The position numbers and the translations under genes were made by a program. DNA of 64,000 nucleotides. Origin: a virus. Taxonomy: Duplodnaviria > Caudoviricetes. Positions 18,335 through 27,900 of this stretch are shown piece after piece. The stretch covers positions 13,284 to 77,283 of IMG/VR virus record IMGVR_UViG_3300037067_006488; one strand, 5' to 3'. The notes beneath the pieces were generated by a model that was given only the letters and a program-made list of their open reading frames with translations, was not told the DNA's origin and did not search any database. Numbering within the stretch: position 1 is the first letter of the stretch; each line of letters starts with the position of its first letter.

Positions 18335-21300
18335 GGTGTATATATGTTTTCGTCTATCGTACCTATCGTCCCTGAAACATAGAACAGAACTTCCGAATCG
18401 AAAGCACCTACCGATATGCTTCCCGATACGGTGTCTCCGTCTGTGTCTATAAACACACAATTCCCTAAACTAAAAGAATGAGACGCATCCGACCAGTTGC
18501 TAAACACCTGTGTAAAGTCAGCCTCCGATATTCCCGTAACATCGTCGAATGTCCAGTTGTTCTGATTGTAGGTTGACCCTAATTCCCATCCAATATAAGT
18601 ACCCCATTCTGCAAGAGTATAAAGCTGCTTGTCTCCCCAATTATGCCTTGACCCTATTATCTTACTGTCGCTCCTGAAAGGATTGAAATAATAGTTGTTG
18701 TTAATTGTCATACCCGTAAAGGATGGTGTATTGTCGTCGCCCCAAGTAAAGCCCGTTGATCCTGTCTCGTCCGTAGCAACAACAGTGTTGTACTGCCACG
18801 TCAGATAGTTGGCGTTACCGTCGAAAGGCCCCTCTTTGTAAAAACCCGATTGATAACTGTAATAACCGTCAACATCGTGATCTACCGACAAGTTATAGGT
18901 AAAAGAGTTGTTGTTGGAGTTGTATTGGTTAAAGAAACCAACGCCTACACCTACGGTTGTGTTGTTTGTAACGGTAGTATACGCTTGTTTTTCGTCAAGA
19001 TATATCCCCTGTGTAATAGGATAATTCCTGCGCATAAACGAATAATCCGTACCCTGATTAACGACTAAGTTGTTGTTAATGCTTTTGGCTTTGTTTAACA
19101 TAAACTGATGTACGTAGATACCCCCTCCGTCTGTTAGATGTTCGCAAAAGTCGGTAATGTAATTGTTGGCAATAGAAAACGTGCCGTGTGCCAAACCGTC
19201 GTAAGCAATAGCCGCAATACCCGAATAACCCGTATGTGCAATATAATTACGTTGATACAACAAATTAGATTTGGGGTTCTTAGAATAAAGTCCGTAATAC
19301 CCTGCAATAGCATCGTCCCATCCGGGTGTAGAGCCAACACCGTCTATCCAACACCCAACTACTTGTTCGTCTCCCGCTAAACTACCCTGGAAGAATATAC
19401 CTGCACCGTTAGCGTTCATAACAGTGTCGTACCTGTGATAAATGTCGTAGGAGTTATAAATATATATCCCTGCATAAGCAGAATAGTCCGTATTAACATA
19501 CTCTGTTGTTATATCATGGGAGTTCTTGATAGATATATTATACTTGTGCGAACCCCATGTGCTTATGTCTTTTAATGTTATGTTGTAGGAGTCATCTATT
19601 GATATGATAGAGTCTTCTACGGGAGCATATATTGTTAACGAAGAAGGATTTGTGGTGTGATACAAAGTGATAGTCTGTGTCGCATAGTCGTACTTCCACT
19701 CCCCGTTCTGGTCAGGCGTAGTGTTAAACAACGCATAACCAAGTTTAGTCCCTGATGTGTAATGTTTAAGACTATATCCGCTTGTAAAATAAGATGATGT
19801 TAGGTTAAACCTTGTTGCTGTATTGCTGGCAATTTTAACTTTGTCTGCCAACCAATCCTCTACGTTAATATAAGCATAAGCATTTTGATATTGGTTCGTT
19901 GTCATACTAAGGTCTGTATCGTCAAAGTAAGACAAGAAGTCAGAAGCCACCCCTTCCATTTCATACCATCCCGTATTAGGAGTGCGGGCATTTTGATACC
20001 ATGTGCCGTTAATAAACAAACCGTTAAGGAGTGCTATTCCGTTATCGGTATCTTGGTTTTCGTAATAATCCTTTTCTGTGTCAGGTAATACCACGTCACT
20101 CTTAGTCCATAGGTTAGTGCCCGCACTCGACCAACTTGTTAATTGTTTTGTGCCGTATATAGTAGGACTTATATTACCGTACTTATTCCAACCTACGAGT
20201 GTTATATCGTTAGCACTGTGTATAATAATATTACCGTAGTAAGCAGTATCGCTTATCGCTATTGTTGTAGCTGTAGCCGCCCCTGCAATAATAGAGTTAA
20301 GTTCTGTTAAGGTTTGTTTGGGGGTTGACGCCGTTAAGCCGTCGTTAGCATCGTTCCCGTCAACAGCACAGAAATAGTAATCTGCGGTAACAGGAGTTGT
20401 AGGCACTGCTGCACCGTATTCTTTATATCCCATACTTGGTGTTGTGCTCCACTGTACGCCGTATAAGTCGTATTCGATAGCAAGGTCTGTGCCTGCATGA
20501 TAGGCAGGGCTGTATGTGTTTATCTCGTAAGCAGAATGTCTGCCGTTGACAAACAAAGGATCACCCTCTAAAGAATGCGTCCCCCTTGTCCAAGAACCGT
20601 CATCAGGAAAGAATAAATTGTAGTCTTCTTCAACATCCCCGTTGTTGTCGTAAATCGGGTAGTCATCATATCCACTTGTGGTATGGATAATATTATTCTT
20701 AACTTTTACACCCGAACACCCGCTCCAAACATATATTCCCCTTGGGGTATTGGCGTTGTACGTGGCATAATCTACAATAGTATTGTTGTATATTTCAGCA
20801 TTGTCGGTAACGTTGTTTAGTTCTATTGCGGCAAACCAACTGTTGATAATAAGATTGCCGTATATCTCTAAATTAATATTACCGTTAGTTACGTTATATT
20901 GTGGCTCTCCTGAAGTGTTGGGGGTATAAAAACCACGCGTACCGTTCTTAATTACGTTGTACCTAATAATACATTCAGGAGCAAGATATACTGATAAACC
21001 CGCCTGTCCCCAATCGTTGTACGCGTTATAACACTCCATCCTGTTGTGTTCGATAATAGAACCCGATGCAGTGCCGTTATAATTAGCAATATACTTTAAA
21101 CAATGTTTATATGTCGTATTGCTGCGGTCAAGAAGATTATATTTAAAATGACAGTAGTTGCTAAAATATGCGCTTGATGCGCCCCAATCCATACAGTCGC
21201 CGTTACCCGCAGACCCACGAGAGTTAACATTATAAACATAATTACCTTCTACTGTTACCATGTCGTCAGAACTTGCGCCCCCCCATCCAAAAACGTATAC

Positions 21301-22848
21301 GCCATCTTCAAGAGTCTCGTGAATAAGACAATTCTTCAAACCGCCTCCATATATTTGGGCTATACGCATAAGTTGATAGGTTCTTGTTGCGGCATTAGAT
21401 CGTATCTCGCAATTGTCAAATGTCACATTATAACAAATACCGTGTGTAAAAACAGTAGCCAATCCTCCTGCTGAACTATATAAATCTATATCCCGTATTG
21501 TAATATTAGACCTGTTAGTTATATCTATTAACCCGTAAGAATCCCCTAAAGAAATTGCTGCTTTTAATATGGGTCTTGTGCCTACACCGTAAGCACCGTA
21601 AAACACGTTGTCCTGTGATATGTATTCAGGCGTGGTTACACTAAACTCTTGTCCTCTTTTTAAGAAATAATATCTTCCTGATACCTGTGTGAAGTTCATA
21701 TTGGTGTAATCACCTCCAACCCCAACAAGATAAGTAAGAGAAGAGTCTATAACCGTTATGTTTACCGTCCCTGTGCCTGTAAGGAACCCGTCGGTAACAG
21801 AATATGTCAGTGTATACGATCCGTCTGCGGCGTGTGCCTGTATCTTAACGGTAGAATCTGCTATCGCAAAATAGTCTGCACCCGTACCCCCTGTCTCTGT
21901 CCATGTTAACGTTCCTCTCTTTTCGTAGTTACGGTTGTAATTAAGTTCAAGAACAACATCGTCGGCTGCATTTTCTTCTGCGATAGTTACATCTTGATCG
22001 TGAGCAATAGGGTATGTGCTGCTGATTATATTCTTTGCAATAGCATACCTGAAAAGACCCGCTTGCCTTATTATCTGTTGTGCGCCTGCCCTCATAAACC
22101 AAACGTGTCTTCCTGTTGTCGGGGTATATGTCCCCTCTCCTCCGCCTCCGCCTCCGGCAACACCTAATATAAAGTTGGTTGTGCCGTTATCGTATAGGCT
22201 GTCTATCTGTGCGTCTGTTAACGCATAGTTGTAATATTGAAAGTTATCTATATATCCGCTAAAAGAACTCCATCCATCGGCAGTTAAGTTGCCTATTGTT
22301 AGAGCATTTGTGTAATCTACAGGGCTGTTCATTATGCTGTCCGTAGTCTGATCTACGCCGTCAATATATATACGCCCGTATTGACTTGTTGCGCTATATT
22401 TAATAAATACTGCGTGTGTCCATGTGTTGTAGCTATATACACCCGTTCCTGTTCCGGCATTATCTGTAGCATACGCATCCCTAAAATACACTCTTCTGTT
22501 AGCTGCATCTAAATAAGCCTTTAACCCGTTAGCCTGAAAAGCAAAAGGATAGGGAGCCCCCGTTGTCTGTCCGTTACGAAACCAAAAGCTGATTGTTAAA
22601 CCAGCCCCCGTATTAAGATTAAGTTCTGTTGTTGTTGTTGCGTCGTCCTGCTGTCCGTTACGAAAATAAATAGAGTGTGTTGCCTCTTCGTAATATGTTG
22701 AGCTGTAACTTACCCCTCCGGTATTAAAAGAATAGTTACCCATGCTATCCACCGCCTCGTTATTAAAGAACACAGCCATTTGCGGTGGCTGCCCTTTAAC
22801 ATACGCTAAAGCAAAAAAAAAGAATAATATCGTTATATATCGTTTCAT
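18331..22848 (-). CDS. 1505-aa signal-peptide-bearing protein: LamG + Ig-like + two right-handed beta-helix domains (depolymerase/adhesin-like)
   Basis: MKRYITILFFFFALAYVKG|Q; TISFWF...IYIDG...FSGYIDNFQYYNYAL; GND.NDG...P.QTL; repeated I.NN/YN beta-helix turns. Confidence 0.7.
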   Translation of the reverse strand: MKRYITILFFFFALAYVKGQPPQMAVFFNNEAVDSMGNYSFNTGGVSYSSTYYEEATHSIYFRNGQQDDATTTTELNLNTGAGLTISFWFRNGQTTGAPYPFAFQANGLKAYLDAANRRVYFRDAYATDNAGTGTGVYSYNTWTHAVFIKYSATSQYGRIYIDGVDQTTDSIMNSPVDYTNALTIGNLTADGWSSFSGYIDNFQYYNYALTDAQIDSLYDNGTTNFILGVAGGGGGGEGTYTPTTGRHVWFMRAGAQQIIRQAGLFRYAIAKNIISSTYPIAHDQDVTIAEENAADDVVLELNYNRNYEKRGTLTWTETGGTGADYFAIADSTVKIQAHAADGSYTLTYSVTDGFLTGTGTVNITVIDSSLTYLVGVGGDYTNMNFTQVSGRYYFLKRGQEFSVTTPEYISQDNVFYGAYGVGTRPILKAAISLGDSYGLIDITNRSNITIRDIDLYSSAGGLATVFTHGICYNVTFDNCEIRSNAATRTYQLMRIAQIYGGGLKNCLIHETLEDGVYVFGWGGASSDDMVTVEGNYVYNVNSRGSAGNGDCMDWGASSAYFSNYCHFKYNLLDRSNTTYKHCLKYIANYNGTASGSIIEHNRMECYNAYNDWGQAGLSVYLAPECIIRYNVIKNGTRGFYTPNTSGEPQYNVTNGNINLEIYGNLIINSWFAAIELNNVTDNAEIYNNTIVDYATYNANTPRGIYVWSGCSGVKVKNNIIHTTSGYDDYPIYDNNGDVEEDYNLFFPDDGSWTRGTHSLEGDPLFVNGRHSAYEINTYSPAYHAGTDLAIEYDLYGVQWSTTPSMGYKEYGAAVPTTPVTADYYFCAVDGNDANDGLTASTPKQTLTELNSIIAGAATATTIAISDTAYYGNIIIHSANDITLVGWNKYGNISPTIYGTKQLTSWSSAGTNLWTKSDVVLPDTEKDYYENQDTDNGIALLNGLFINGTWYQNARTPNTGWYEMEGVASDFLSYFDDTDLSMTTNQYQNAYAYINVEDWLADKVKIASNTATRFNLTSSYFTSGYSLKHYTSGTKLGYALFNTTPDQNGEWKYDYATQTITLYHTTNPSSLTIYAPVEDSIISIDDSYNITLKDISTWGSHKYNISIKNSHDITTEYVNTDYSAYAGIYIYNSYDIYHRYDTVMNANGAGIFFQGSLAGDEQVVGCWIDGVGSTPGWDDAIAGYYGLYSKNPKSNLLYQRNYIAHTGYSGIAAIAYDGLAHGTFSIANNYITDFCEHLTDGGGIYVHQFMLNKAKSINNNLVVNQGTDYSFMRRNYPITQGIYLDEKQAYTTVTNNTTVGVGVGFFNQYNSNNNSFTYNLSVDHDVDGYYSYQSGFYKEGPFDGNANYLTWQYNTVVATDETGSTGFTWGDDNTPSFTGMTINNNYYFNPFRSDSKIIGSRHNWGDKQLYTLAEWGTYIGWELGSTYNQNNWTFDDVTGISEADFTQVFSNWSDASHSFSLGNCVFIDTDGDTVSGSISVGAFDSEVLFYVSGTIGTIDENIYTP

Positions 22849-22852
22849 ATCT

Positions 22853-24115
22853 TTATTTTCTAAATAACTTGAATCGTTTCTTTTTTATAGGCGTTGCTCT
22901 CTCTAATGCTTCTATTCTTGCCTCTAACTCCGCTTGTTTTTTCTCTACGTCTGCTATATTGCGGAGGTTATATTCTATGCCCGCTTGTAAAGCCTGAAGA
23001 TAACGCATAGGGGGTAGTTTGTCCACCATAAATGTATTGTATATAGTACCGTCTACCTGATAATACCACCGTACCTCGTAGTTAAGCATTTCTTCAAGGC
23101 GTTGTGTCGCCGTTCTTATCTTATTCATTTCAAAAATAAAGGATGCTGGTTCTGTTGTGGCTGTGTCTATTGCACTTGTACTTGTGCCTGTCAGCCATGA
23201 ACTTGACATATCTCCGAAGATTGTAAGATATACAGAGTCCCTTATTGCAACAGTGCCGTCTACATCAAGAGCTTCACTTGGAGATGTTGTCCCTATACCA
23301 ATATCCCCCGTTGTTCTTTCTACAAAGAAAGAATTACCTGCGTCTGAGGTGATTGTTAATCCTCCGGTAATAGCTTTAAAATCTTGTGATCCATTCCCGT
23401 CGTCTGTGTTCTGTATTCTTATTGCGGGACTTGCTCCGTATATATGCGTAATAGTAGCGGGAGAGTGAGTTCCTATCCCAATATTCCCTAATAGCGTGAG
23501 ATTACCGTTTCCAAACATTTGTATATTGTTTGTGCCTGCTGTATTTTGTACCGACAAACTATAATTATTATCGTTGCCGTTCTTAAAAACAACTCCATAT
23601 CCAGTTGCGCTTGTGTTACTAAACAAACCGATAACATCTGCCGCAATTGACTTTTGTGCATGGAATAAATAAACAGGAGCTATCCCTATACCAACATCTT
23701 TAGTGGTAGATAGAGTGGTGTCTGTTGTCGTCCAATCCCCGACATCTATATTTGATAAATCGTATTGTGTTGCTATTGTAGAAGTGGTGTCAGCCCAATG
23801 TAAAAGATTAGCGGAGTCGGCAGCAAATATAGGATCAGATTCTACACTTACAAACCCCGCAAGAGAATCGCTTACAACAGAAGCAGCTACAGATTCGGCA
23901 GTATTTAAAACATAGGTTTTAATAGCCTGAGAAGACGGTAATGTTTTGTCGCTTGTTGTCGTCAAGGTAGTATCTATTACAACTCCCGTCACCCATCCGT
24001 TAGTCTCGTCAAAATACACGGAGTCTATGTTGATTGCGCCCATCTGGAACACCGCCTGTGAATAAGCCGTAGAACCTACAACAAACAACGCTAATATGAA
24101 TAATATCTTCCTCAT
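22853..24115 (-). CDS. Signal-peptide-bearing trimeric fibre-like protein
   Basis: True start MRKILF at 24115 (ATGA overlap); GIGT.SP repeats; C-terminal KQAELEARIEALE coil as in S74-chaperone-type fibres. Confidence 0.65.
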   Translation of the reverse strand: MRKILFILALFVVGSTAYSQAVFQMGAINIDSVYFDETNGWVTGVVIDTTLTTTSDKTLPSSQAIKTYVLNTAESVAASVVSDSLAGFVSVESDPIFAADSANLLHWADTTSTIATQYDLSNIDVGDWTTTDTTLSTTKDVGIGIAPVYLFHAQKSIAADVIGLFSNTSATGYGVVFKNGNDNNYSLSVQNTAGTNNIQMFGNGNLTLLGNIGIGTHSPATITHIYGASPAIRIQNTDDGNGSQDFKAITGGLTITSDAGNSFFVERTTGDIGIGTTSPSEALDVDGTVAIRDSVYLTIFGDMSSSWLTGTSTSAIDTATTEPASFIFEMNKIRTATQRLEEMLNYEVRWYYQVDGTIYNTFMVDKLPPMRYLQALQAGIEYNLRNIADVEKKQAELEARIEALERATPIKKKRFKLFRK

Positions 24116-24444
24116 TTTATCAACTGAATTAAGTCCTTTAATGTTATCATGTCGGCAAGGGATACAACAGTAAACATAAGAACAACCATGTAAACAACAG
24201 ACTGTACCGGATGTTTCGACACCCATGCTGAAACCACACTGTCTTGCTTTACACATCGTATATCGTCCTCTGTCTTTGTCACCCTGCCGTTTGTCTTCTT
24301 TTGGTGTTCTATCATATCGTCCTGCTTCTCGAAGACGGATTTAAACCTTTCTTCCATTATCCCTTCAAGTCTGCCGACAATAGCATCCAAATAATCCCTG
24401 TCTTGCATATTCATAGGTAGATACCGTGTAAAGTCATTAGACAT
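24112..24444 (-). CDS. Small coiled-coil protein with C-terminal TM (holin/XhlA-like)
   Basis: KKTNGRV motif plus a C-terminal hydrophobic helix. Confidence 0.45.
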   Translation of the reverse strand: MSNDFTRYLPMNMQDRDYLDAIVGRLEGIMEERFKSVFEKQDDMIEHQKKTNGRVTKTEDDIRCVKQDSVVSAWVSKHPVQSVVYMVVLMFTVVSLADMITLKDLIQLIK

Positions 24445-24896
24445 TAATAATATATTTTGATACGTCCCGATGTTACGCTATTCCATACGATTGTGAAAGC
24501 CACATACCCACCCGGCCAATCTTTGTCGGTTATAAAAGACTGACGAGCAACAGTGTATCTTGTGCCGTCACTCTTGCGTATTGTCTTTGCGTTTGTTGTT
24601 GCGTCGAGGATAACACTATCTGCCGACGTAGAGCCACTCCATTGCAGATCGCCAGCCCACACTCCGTAGGCATCCGCTAACCCTATCTTCAGCACTGCAT
24701 CGTCTGCATTTAGATCGGAATAGTCTACAATTATCGCATTTACATCCTGCGCTACGTTAAGGATGAATGTTGTTGTGTCGTAGGCGTAATACGTGGCTGC
24801 ACTCCAATTAGCCTCTATATCACCTATCCTTTGTGTCTGTGCTTTAACACCTAACGCACACAACATAAATAAACCGAGAACAATTATCTTTTTCAT
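24444..24896 (-). CDS. Signal-peptide-bearing small beta-sandwich protein
   Basis: Start MKKIIVLGLFMLCALGVKA|QTQ at 24896. Confidence 0.6.
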   Translation of the reverse strand: MKKIIVLGLFMLCALGVKAQTQRIGDIEANWSAATYYAYDTTTFILNVAQDVNAIIVDYSDLNADDAVLKIGLADAYGVWAGDLQWSGSTSADSVILDATTNAKTIRKSDGTRYTVARQSFITDKDWPGGYVAFTIVWNSVTSGRIKIYY

Positions 24897-24949
24897 ATCT
24901 ACGTTTTTGTTGGTTACAAATTTAGTACACACCTTCATCTTGATATTAG

Positions 24950-27900
24950 TTATTTACTGTATTTACCGAACCTTAATTTATATCTTGCCTTGTCTGCTGC
25001 ATCGTTAGCGTATTGGGCAACCCTGTCCTGAACTTCTGCTTTATCCATGTTCATAAGTTCTTTATAATGTTCTTCCAGTAAGTCTTTTAACAACTGCCCC
25101 CTTAGTTTGGCATATTGATAATACTCCTCTTCATTAAGCAACCTGGTATTCCCTTCTGTATCGTACATAACTATACTCTTACTTGGCTTATTAAGCCAAG
25201 CCTCGTTGTCTACAATCAACTGCCATATAGGATCGTCTTCTTCTTTGTTTGTCCATCTGTTCATATTGGCGACAACAGGTTCTCCTAAAGCATTTGTCAT
25301 TTCGTTAAGTTTGTTTCTTGCAATAGGAATGTCTCTGTACATCTGTTCCCATGTATCGTTAGCTTCTTTCATGGGCATATTGTAGGTCTGTTGTATCTTT
25401 CTACTTACCTGTGTTACAATATTGGGAACAACAAAACCCTTACCCACATTCTGCAAATACTTTTCAAAATACCCTGACGCTTTTGTTGGGTCTGACTCAT
25501 TAAACGAAGAAAGAAACTCAGACACACCACGCAAGAAGGTAAGGTCTGTAAAATATTGCGCCGTATTCCATAGTATTATTTCAGTCCTCTTTAACATATC
25601 TTTATCTTCAAGGGTTCTGCCCTGATAGTTTCTGGCATCCATTATATTTCCAACAACAGTAAGAGGAATAGCTAAAGGCGTGTTTTGATAAGAATACCAT
25701 GTATCTCCTATTTTAACACTATACTTCTGCCATCCAGTTTCCTGAAGGTTATAGTTTTTAACATAATCGTTAGTACCGTTAGCTGTTATTTCTATTGTCG
25801 GTTCGTCTTGATCGTCCCTCTTAGTGGCAAGCCAAAACAAAGTAAGCCCTGCGATAGTTCCTAATGTAGCCGCTATTATTTCCTTGGTTCTTTCTTCTTG
25901 TGTATACTTTCTTGTGTATTTAGTACCCATATCTTGCTTGCCGCCCATACTCCCTCTTGCTGCACGAACAAAACCATAAGGAGAATAGTCAAGATACGTA
26001 TTAGCAACGTTAGATAATATGTTAGTAAATGGGACAATAAACTTTATGGGCTTAACATCCCCAAACTTTACTTGATTAGCAATATTAGCGACAAGGTCTG
26101 TAACCCGACCTATCCTGCCTTCAGGGGGGAAGTTAAACGTTCCTCTGCTTGCTATATTGTTGGCGTCATCATGTAGTTCATCGGGAAGCCCTTGTTCCAT
26201 GATTTCCCACATTCTTCTCCTTATATCTATCCCTTTTAGCCCCTCTTTCTTTGCCTGCGCAATAGCCTTCTCTTTTAATTCTTTTGTTTTAAGAAGTTTC
26301 TCGCTTATATATCTTTCTACTTCAGCCTTACTCATACCAAGACCCTTGGTCTGTCTGTGTACGAGTTCATGCAACCTCATACCCTGAAGCCCATAATAAA
26401 AGAAGCTATCTACACCCACCATAACACGGGGCACATACCTATGTAATTTAAGAGGATTCCATTGTTTGCCGAACAATTTAAACCCTTCGTATGATTCTAA
26501 TGCTGATGGCGTTGCTTGTCTTTCCGTAAACTCGAACTTAGCACCCTTCATGGGGTCGTAACCTGTTTTAAGAACAGACCATAACTCCAACAATCCCCTA
26601 CCGTACCCATCATACAATCCCCTTAATAGGTCTAAAGTAGATTTAGGGCTATATATCGCAGACTTAACCAACTCCATCGCTGTGTTAGCTGTGTTAGCTA
26701 AGAAGTTAAGTTCTTGTGTCTTGTATCCTGATAGTATATGAGCATACCACACAGACATTGCCAGGTCTGCTAATTTGATGCCTTTTATCCTTGCCTCATA
26801 TCCAAGCAGGTCTGTTGTTGCATTAAACTTCTGGAAACCGTCAGGTGCTTTCTTGACCCTATCGGCTAACCGTTTAAGTTCATCAAGTTCTTTGTCTGTC
26901 AGTTTTCTACCAGTATTCTTTTCAATGTCTGCAATAATCTTATCGGTAAGAACCCTCGAATTAAGTTTAGACCATATTGCATAAGCCTGTACACCCTGTC
27001 CTAATTCAGTGCCGTACATTGTCATAAACTCGGCTATGTCAACAGACTTCTTGGCTGCATCCTTCCATTCACTACTTTCAGGATCAGCTTCGTTTAGTAT
27101 TTTATTGTAGGCGTTAATAACGGCCTCACCAAGAGCAACCCTGACTCTCGGAAATAAACCGTTATTCTTATCCTTTACCATAAGGATAGACTCTGTTAGC
27201 CCCTTCTCTTGGATAATAACATCGGCTTCGTGCATTGTCACTTTATTTCCCGTAGGAATATACATCTTAGCATCTTCACTAAGCCCCGTCTTTATCTCGT
27301 CAGACACGTCTTCGTCTTCCAATAACCTCTTAGCAAACTTTCTCTGTTTGCCCCTCTCTACGTAAATGTCTCGTATAAGATTACGGTTGTTATCTATGTA
27401 ATCTGAAATCGTTTTAAGATTCTCTGGTGTTAATGGCTTTTGTTTAAGATAGTCTTTTATCTTCGTTATAAGATCGTCAACACTCAATGCTCCTAATTCA
27501 AACACGTCTTCGGCTATCTGCCGCATTGCCTTTAGCGGATCGGGTCTTTGTTCTCCCATAAGAGATGTACTGCCACCAATCCCAGTAATAAGATTATCAA
27601 AATTATCGGCAATACGTTTCTTTAACTCTGCTTTCCTTGCTTCGTTTGGTGCTTCCTGCGTAGGTTGCGTGACCTGACCTTCTCCGGTAACTTCTTGTTG
27701 TCCGGCGTCTCCTCCTCGAACCTCCGTGCTAATCGTGGGTTCGTTGCCCAAAGGAATCTCCGTTGGGACGCTGACTTCATTGGCATTTGGTTGTCCTCCT
27801 ATCCTCTTTAAGTATTGTTCTTGTAATTTCTGCCCTTCCTCAAAAGACTCAACATAGGGTGTTTTATTGAGGGCATCTTGTACATTACCAAACTTCCCAT

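Noticed and set aside
24112-24256. Cys-rich N-terminal extension (MCKARQC...) of the 22853 gene
   Set aside because: It overlaps the upstream gene; ATG 24115 gives a clean signal peptide and an ATGA coupling.
12696-24896. Diversity-generating retroelement or shufflon acting on the fibre genes
   Set aside because: No reverse transcriptase in the window, no near-identical TR/VR pair with adenine-specific differences seen, and all genes are co-oriented.
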